Notes under the pieces: generated by a model
Seen by the model: the letters and a program-made list of their open reading frames with translations, nothing else
What the model was told of the DNA's origin: nothing
Databases searched by the model: none
In this document: piece after piece, positions 34,691-40,133 of the stretch
Numbering within the stretch: the stretch's first letter is position 1
Layout: the number at the start of each line of letters is the position of its first letter
Origin: a virus
Lineage: Duplodnaviria; Caudoviricetes
DNA length: 40,133 nucleotides
Direction: 5' to 3' (one strand)
IMG/VR virus record: IMGVR_UViG_3300031520_000047
Span: 1-40,133 of that record
Position numbers and translations under genes: made by a program

Positions 34691-37231
34691 ATGGCGACGC
34701 TGGCGTTGGGCATTGCAGGGGCGGTGGTGGGATCGGCGTTCGGCAATCCGATGCTGGGCTTCTCCATTGGCACGGCCATCGGAAGCATGATCGATGCGCC
34801 GCGTGTGCCCGGCCAGGAAGTCGGCAAGGTCGACGACCTGCACGTGTCCGGGTCGAGCTACGGCACGGCCATTCCGGTTGTCTGGGGCGGCGGGCGGCTC
34901 GCGGCGAACCTCATCTGGGCGACGGATTTAGTGCTGCACCAGACGACGCAGCACCATGGCAAGGGCGGCGGGCCGAGCACCAAGACGGACACCTACAGCG
35001 TGTCCTGTCAGGCGCTGGTGTGCGCAGCAGGCCGCAATGCCCGCGTGACGCGCGTTTGGGGCGATGACCTCGTGCTGTGGGAAGCCGGGTACAGCGGCAA
35101 CCTGGTAACGCCGCGCTTTTTGTCAGGCGATGAAAGCCAGAATGCCGACGTGCTGGTCGCGGCCAATCCTGGCAGCGGCTTTGCGGCAGGGCAAACGCCG
35201 GCCTGCCGGGGGCAGCTTACGTTTGTGCTGCAAGACCTGCCGCTGCAAAACTTCAGCAACCGTCTGCCGAACCTCAGCGTGGAAGTCGCCACCGACCCGG
35301 TTTCACTCGCTGACGTGCTGGGCGACTTGTGCTTGATGGCCGGGCTGACCACAGACGATTTTGATTTCTCCGGCGCGTCGGCGCAAATGGTGACCGGGTA
35401 CGTTTTGCAGTCGCGGCAATCAGCAGCAGAGGCGATCAAGCCGCTGCTCGCCTCCTACTTTTACGACTTGGTGGAAAGTGACGGCCTACTACGCGCTGTG
35501 CCGCGCGGCGGTGCGCCGCTGCTGACGGTTTCTGCCGGCGATCTCGGGGCGAGCACAGGCGGCGCAGGCGAAGTGATGCGCATCAGCGAGAAGCGCACTC
35601 AGGAAGCCGAGATGCCCTACCGCGTGGACGTGACGTACTACAACGCCGCTAAAGACTACCAAAAGGCATTGCAGGGAGCGGTCTGCCAGACGGCGACGGG
35701 GCAGGACGCGCAGAGCATTTCCCTGCCGCTTGCACTCCTTGACGCGGACGCGCAGGGAGTGGCAATGCGCCTGCTTCAAGACGCGCGGGCGCAGCGCGCA
35801 CCCCTGACGTTTGCCCTGCCACCTCGCTACTTGCAGGTCACCCCCGCCGACGTGCTCTTGGTGCCACTGACGCATATTGACAATACCGTGTCAATGGCGC
35901 GGGTGCGTATCACCAGCGTAGATTTGGCCCTGCCCGGAGAAATCCACTTCGAAGCGGTGACTGACGATGACGGCGTGTTGGTGCAAGCCGGCATCGCCTC
36001 TGCCGCGCCGCCGCCCGTGCGCACGTACCTGGCCGCCGTGCCGACGCAGTTTTACGCCTGGTCGGGCAAAGAATTGCAGGATGCTGACCAAGCCGCGCCG
36101 GGCTTCTATGTCGCAGCGACCGGGCCGGGCGGCTGGCACGGGGCCGCAGTTTGGTACAGCGCTGACAATGGAAACTCCTACCTGCCGGCAGGCACGGTCA
36201 GCCAGCGCAGCGTTTTGGGGACGGCAGGGGTGGCTTTAGCGGACGGAGCGCCGGGCGCGTTTGACAGCGCGAATAGCCTGGCCGTGACGCTTTCGGCAGG
36301 CGGGGCGCTTGCCACCACGACCGAAGCGCAGGTCAGCCAGGGCGTCAATGCCGCCCTTGTCGGCGGGGAGCTGCTTGGCTTTGCCACGGCCACGCTGACC
36401 GCGCCGGAGGCTTACACGCTCACCGACCTGCTGCGCGGCGGGCGCGGATCGCAGGCGAGCGGACACGCGGCAGGCGAGCCGTTTGTGCTGCTGACGCCTG
36501 CCGTCCTGCGCGTGCCCGTGAATGCGACCCTCGCCGGACAGACGGTGCTGGTCAAGTGCGTCTCGGATTATCAGCAGCTTTCGGACGTGGCCGCGCAGCC
36601 GGTCGTCATTGCGGCCCGGACGCCGACGGCGGTAGAACAACATGTCACGGCTGTGGAAGCACAAGCGGCGGCGCAAGGAGCGGCGATCAGCGCCTTGCAG
36701 GGGCAGGTGAATGCTCTGCCTCGGCCAGTGCCGACACCCTTCTACCGGATCAGTGGGTACCCGAGCAGCCGCCGGGCATCTGGGGATACTTTAGACGACA
36801 GTTACTTTGACGGTGGGGCCAATGTGCCAAGCGGGGCACTGCAGACAAAATGGACGCACTACGCCAGTGGGCCGGGCGGGTCGCTCTGGCTAACGGGGTT
36901 TGAGGCGTGGGCACTGCGCTGCAAGATGGGCCTCAAAAACACAACAGGCGCGGCCATTAGCGTGCCCATCGCCGCGCCGATTGTGGATGATTATGTCAAA
37001 CTCACGTGGGCGGGAGCAACAGTGTATGAAACGCAGAGCACCAATGGCGTGCCGACTACGGCAGGCCCAGCGACGCTGACCATTGCGGCAGGGCAGTCGG
37101 GGGTGCTGACAATCTACTACTACAACAGGCAGGGCGGTAGCGGCACCGACAGCGGCAACCCAATGGCTCTGCGGGTGCTGCATGACGCACTGATCGCGGC
37201 AGGGGTCGCATTTGTGGATGCCGGCCCGTGA
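34691..37231 (+). CDS. Central tail fibre/host specificity protein (GTA-like)
   Basis: SSYGTAIPVVWG..RLAANLIWA, RVWGD, NRLPNLSVEV, LVGGELLGF, LLRGGRGS; coiled coil plus C-terminal beta domain. Confidence 0.88.
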   Translation: MATLALGIAGAVVGSAFGNPMLGFSIGTAIGSMIDAPRVPGQEVGKVDDLHVSGSSYGTAIPVVWGGGRLAANLIWATDLVLHQTTQHHGKGGGPSTKTDTYSVSCQALVCAAGRNARVTRVWGDDLVLWEAGYSGNLVTPRFLSGDESQNADVLVAANPGSGFAAGQTPACRGQLTFVLQDLPLQNFSNRLPNLSVEVATDPVSLADVLGDLCLMAGLTTDDFDFSGASAQMVTGYVLQSRQSAAEAIKPLLASYFYDLVESDGLLRAVPRGGAPLLTVSAGDLGASTGGAGEVMRISEKRTQEAEMPYRVDVTYYNAAKDYQKALQGAVCQTATGQDAQSISLPLALLDADAQGVAMRLLQDARAQRAPLTFALPPRYLQVTPADVLLVPLTHIDNTVSMARVRITSVDLALPGEIHFEAVTDDDGVLVQAGIASAAPPPVRTYLAAVPTQFYAWSGKELQDADQAAPGFYVAATGPGGWHGAAVWYSADNGNSYLPAGTVSQRSVLGTAGVALADGAPGAFDSANSLAVTLSAGGALATTTEAQVSQGVNAALVGGELLGFATATLTAPEAYTLTDLLRGGRGSQASGHAAGEPFVLLTPAVLRVPVNATLAGQTVLVKCVSDYQQLSDVAAQPVVIAARTPTAVEQHVTAVEAQAAAQGAAISALQGQVNALPRPVPTPFYRISGYPSSRRASGDTLDDSYFDGGANVPSGALQTKWTHYASGPGGSLWLTGFEAWALRCKMGLKNTTGAAISVPIAAPIVDDYVKLTWAGATVYETQSTNGVPTTAGPATLTIAAGQSGVLTIYYYNRQGGSGTDSGNPMALRVLHDALIAAGVAFVDAGP

Positions 37232-37235
37232 GTCG

Positions 37236-37270
37236 TGGTATAATAACTACAGCATATAATAACTACAGCA
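37236..37270 (+). promoter_or_regulatory. Endolysin promoter with perfect 16-bp tandem duplication
   Basis: TGG then TATAATAACTACAGCA twice (37239-37254, 37255-37270). Confidence 0.75.
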
Positions 37271-37283
37271 GTTCCATACTCAT

Positions 37284-37333
37284 CGGCTATTCAGCCGCCC
37301 AAGTCTCTTAAACGGAGACTTGGGCGGCTTTTT
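37284..37333 (+). terminator. Attenuator 4: CGGCT-ATTC-AGCCG overlapping a terminator
   Basis: Perfect 15-bp stem AGCCGCCCAAGTCTC/GAGACTTGGGCGGCT plus T tract. Confidence 0.85.
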
Positions 37334-37354
37334 GTTTTGCGAAAGGAAACTCTC

Positions 37355-37945
37355 ATGCCCCCTTCCCCCACCCTCAAAGGCGTGGATATTTACCACGGCG
37401 ACGGCCCGATCCAGTTCCACGACCTCATGGCAGCAGGCGTCGCATTCATCTTTCTCAAGGCCACGCAGGGCCTGCACTACACCGACCCGGCCTTTGCGGA
37501 CAATTGGGGTCGCGCCAAAGAAGCAGGCCTACTGCGCGGCGCGTACCACTTCTTCGATCCCGGTGCTGACCCCGTTGAGCAGGCGGACCATTTTTGCCAC
37601 GCCGTGAACTTGGAAAGCGGCGACATCGTGCTTGCCCTGGACGTGGAAACCGAGGGCGTCAATATTGGCAAGAAAGCGTTTTTGTGCGCGAGCCGCATCA
37701 AGGAATTAACCGGCTACTGGCCAATCCTCTATGCTTCCGACTCGTTTTATCAGTCGTACCTGGCCGCGCAGTTTCCGCCCATAATGCACACGCTCTGGAT
37801 CGCCCGCTACGGCCATGCCCCGGTCACCAAGTGCGCCATCTGGCAGTACAGCGACAGCGGGCGCGTGCAAAACGTGCGGCACGCGCTGGACACCGATGTA
37901 TTCTATGGCAGCCGTGCCGACCTTCTGAAACACACAGTGGCCTGA
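37355..37945 (+). CDS. Endolysin, GH25 muramidase
   Basis: GVDIYH, FIFLKATQG, GAYHFF, LDVE, LWIARY, IWQYS; AAGGA RBS. Confidence 0.93.
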   Translation: MPPSPTLKGVDIYHGDGPIQFHDLMAAGVAFIFLKATQGLHYTDPAFADNWGRAKEAGLLRGAYHFFDPGADPVEQADHFCHAVNLESGDIVLALDVETEGVNIGKKAFLCASRIKELTGYWPILYASDSFYQSYLAAQFPPIMHTLWIARYGHAPVTKCAIWQYSDSGRVQNVRHALDTDVFYGSRADLLKHTVA

Positions 37946-38154
37946 TGAAACTATTGAGCCGATGAAAATGGGGGTGTTTGCCGGGTGCATGGGCGCCCTA
38001 ATGATTGCCGGGGGCGCGGGATGGCTCGCGCTGTTTCCAGGGCTGGGGATAGAGGCGCCAGGGATCGGGGCTGAGGGGCAGGTGACGCTGGAGACCCCCT
38101 GCCCCAAGTTGCCCATTATCAAAATGTCGTCTTGGCATCAAGGAAGCGTGGTTT

Positions 38155-38439
38155 ATGGACATCGAAACCTATCACCAGGCCAAAGCGGTCAGTGGCGGCA
38201 CGCCCTCCCCGGCCCAGCTTCGCCTCGTGACACGCGAAGCAGCAGAGAGGGACGCGCAAACAAAAACCGCCTGGCTTGAAAACCAGGCGGTGCTAGCGCG
38301 TCTCAGCGGCAGGTGGTGCCCGCTCTGCCGCCGCTACTTGGGGATGCTTACCTATGTATCGCATGTCGGCACGCTGCTGATGTGTGCTGAGGGCCACGCG
38401 TGGAGCAACAGCCAGACGGCGAAAGACGAGATACAATAG
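38155..38439 (+). CDS. Zinc-finger hypothetical protein at the prophage end
   Basis: CPLC...CAEGH; AAGGA upstream. Confidence 0.55.
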   Translation: MDIETYHQAKAVSGGTPSPAQLRLVTREAAERDAQTKTAWLENQAVLARLSGRWCPLCRRYLGMLTYVSHVGTLLMCAEGHAWSNSQTAKDEIQ

Positions 38440-38462
38440 GACTTCAGGGGAAGATTTTGCAG

Positions 38463-38500
38463 GGGGTTATGGGGCAAAAGTACATAGCCTGTATTGTACC
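38463..38500. other. Right att junction (phage arm, CA, host arm carrying the hemW -10)
   Basis: GGGGTTATGGGGCAAAAGTA-CA-TAGCCTGTATTGTA; minus-strand TACAAT at 38493-38498. Confidence 0.85.
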
Positions 38501-38558
38501 CGGCGGAAAGGCCACGCGCTGCAGAAGGCGCGGTTGTGCCTGCGTTGCCTGCGCTCTT

Positions 38559-38592
38559 CTTCATTCTATGCCCTGAAGGGCGTGGAATGAAG
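38559..38592. terminator. Host hairpin downstream of the GH5 gene (terminator or REP-like)
   Basis: CTTCATTCTATGCCCT-GA-AGGGCGTGGAATGAAG. Confidence 0.5.
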
Positions 38593-38611
38593 GGGGTGTC
38601 ATGCCGCTCCC

Positions 38612-39895
38612 TCATGGCGTTTTTGCTGACGCAGGCACACTCATCGTGTTCGCTTGCGCCGCCTGGCCCCGCCGGGATGCTTCCCGAAAGGCTTGCGCCA
38701 TTTCCGTGTTCTCGTCCAAATGCTCGGTGCGAACCTGCCCGCACTTGCGGATCCATTCGGCCTCCGTGTCGTGGTAAGGGTCAAGGGGAGTGACCGGCTT
38801 GGCGTTGCAGTATAAGGCCCACAAAGAGCGTCCGCCGCCTGTCCAGCAGACTTTGTAAGTCCAGGACGTGTAGGAAAACTGCTTGTCTTCCAGCGTGCCC
38901 AGCAGGCCCGCCAGCACGGCAGGCGTGCCGCCCGGCTCCAGGCAAAACTCGCCCACATAGTAGGGAATGTGCCGCCGGGCACGCTCGGTTTCCAGCGCAG
39001 CCACATAGGCCGCGCTGCTTTGGGTTTGGTCAGCCGGGTTTTTGGCCTGGAAGTTGTAATAGTGCGTGCTGTAGGCGACGTTTTGCCAGCCGCACGGAGC
39101 GGGGAACGGCATCCACTGCACGCCGGTGTAGCCATCTTCCACGAATACAATGTGCCGCGTGTCGGCGGCGCGGATAGCATTGTACAAACGTCCCTGCACC
39201 ACGTACAGCGTGTCGGAATTAGGCGTTCCCGTCGGCTCGTTGAGCAGGTCATAGCCCGCCACGGCAGGGCTGCTTTCGTAGCGGCGGGCCAGGCGCGTCC
39301 ACACGGCGGCTGCGCGGGCGATGTTGGCCGGTTCCTTAAAGAAAGCGTTCAAGTCCGCCTGCCCGGTGTGCCCCTGGTCGCTTTGCCCGCCGGGCGCGCC
39401 GTGCATGTCTAAGATGACATACATATTGCGCGCGCTGGCCCAGGCTATGGCTCTGTCCAGCCACTGCACACCGCCGGGTTCGTCCAGCAAACTCGCGAGG
39501 AACGGCAGCCGGACACAGTTCAGACCCAGGGCATGGATGCGGTCAAAGTCTGCCTCTGTCACCCAGGCGCTGCGGAATGCCGTGCGCGCCCGCGCCATGC
39601 CGTCCGCGCCCAGCCGTTCTTTTACCGTCCCCCATAGCGAAACATGGTCTTTGATTGGGGCGGAGTTTGTGCCGATGGGCGGAGCGGCAACAAACGGCTG
39701 CATCCACGGCTCTTCCACCAGCCAGCCGCCCAGGTTGACGCCGCGCAACGTGACCGCTTTGCCTGAGCCGTCCACAATCCCTGGTCCCTGCGCATGCAGC
39801 GGGGACGGTGCGGCCCCCCCCGCCCTCACAAGCGCCAGGACGCCAAAGCACAGCGCAAGGACTGAAACGCAGTGCTTTCTAATTCGGCTTGTCAT
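38612..39895 (-). CDS. Host glycoside hydrolase family 5, secreted
   Basis: Signal peptide; GVNLGGWL, VRLPF, ILDMHGAPGGQ, YDLLNEP (acid/base), YVGEF (nucleophile). Confidence 0.92.
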   Translation of the reverse strand: MTSRIRKHCVSVLALCFGVLALVRAGGAAPSPLHAQGPGIVDGSGKAVTLRGVNLGGWLVEEPWMQPFVAAPPIGTNSAPIKDHVSLWGTVKERLGADGMARARTAFRSAWVTEADFDRIHALGLNCVRLPFLASLLDEPGGVQWLDRAIAWASARNMYVILDMHGAPGGQSDQGHTGQADLNAFFKEPANIARAAAVWTRLARRYESSPAVAGYDLLNEPTGTPNSDTLYVVQGRLYNAIRAADTRHIVFVEDGYTGVQWMPFPAPCGWQNVAYSTHYYNFQAKNPADQTQSSAAYVAALETERARRHIPYYVGEFCLEPGGTPAVLAGLLGTLEDKQFSYTSWTYKVCWTGGGRSLWALYCNAKPVTPLDPYHDTEAEWIRKCGQVRTEHLDENTEMAQAFREASRRGQAAQANTMSVPASAKTP

Positions 39896-40133
39896 TGGTA
39901 GTTGTTGACTGTGGCATTGCTAGTGTTGGAGCGCTTGAATGTGCCGTGAGCGCTTTGCTCTTAAGAAATGAGTATACCGCCTGCGCAATAATCATGGCGC
40001 CGTGCGGGTTGGGATGTACCTTGTCGCCGAAGTCGGCTGAATACGGCGCTGTCGCACGGTGAACATCGATGATCGGAGCATGCATGGCCTTCCCAATTCC
40101 AACAACATCCAGGACGACTATGTTGTTAACGAT
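39879..40133 (-). CDS. Host SGNH/GDSL hydrolase, C-terminal part
   Basis: IIDVH.......F.DKVHPNPHGAMIIAQAVY block V (DxxH); frame runs off the window. Confidence 0.75.
   Translation of the reverse strand: MVNNIVVLDVVGIGKAMHAPIIDVHRATAPYSADFGDKVHPNPHGAMIIAQAVYSFLKSKALTAHSSAPTLAMPQSTTTNDKPN

Larger units (their letters stand above)
375..38484. mobile_element. Complete prophage (siphovirus-like, serine-integrase type), about 38.1 kb
   Basis: Full integrase-immunity-replication-head-tail-lysis gene order, bounded by att half-sites sharing a CATA core (375-378, 38483-38486), with host genes on both sides. Confidence 0.93.

Noticed and set aside
34691-37231. Diversity-generating retroelement acting on the tail fibre
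   Set aside because: No reverse transcriptase and no template/variable repeat pair seen.
32245-37231. Gene transfer agent
   Set aside because: GTA-type tail tip genes are present, but integrase, att sites, immunity and replication genes indicate a genuine prophage.
13852-37333. Repeated motifs as a CRISPR array or REP elements
   Set aside because: Copies are kilobases apart, short and tied to operon leaders; no repeat-spacer periodicity and no cas genes.
37962-38279. 105-aa ORF after the endolysin as a holin
   Set aside because: No clear RBS, overlaps the better-supported 38155 ORF, and has only a weak hydrophobic segment.

Overview
The window holds an apparently complete ~38.1 kb siphovirus-type prophage (375-38484), integrated by a large serine recombinase exactly at the start codon of a host hemW-like radical SAM gene. 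Host GH5 glycoside hydrolase and SGNH hydrolase genes flank it on the right. Module order: integrase, lysogeny/immunity region (ImmA-like peptidase, repressor, Cro with five operators), early genes (SWIM, Bet, ParB, PRTRC-C relic, VRR-NUC, J-domain, Acb2/Tad1-like sponge, replication initiator), packaging/head, tail with GTA-type tip genes, GH25 endolysin. Two non-coding systems stand out. (1) A GGCT-ATYC-AGCC mini-hairpin overlaps the 5' arm of four intrinsic terminators, each in front of a late-gene module, suggesting an RNA antitermination switch, possibly read by a Com-like zinc-ribbon protein. (2) A dispersed palindrome ATTTCGCGCGAAAT looks like a third parS/Noc-type site, matching a phage ParB with unusual specificity residues. 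All product calls are from motif recognition only; no database searches were run.
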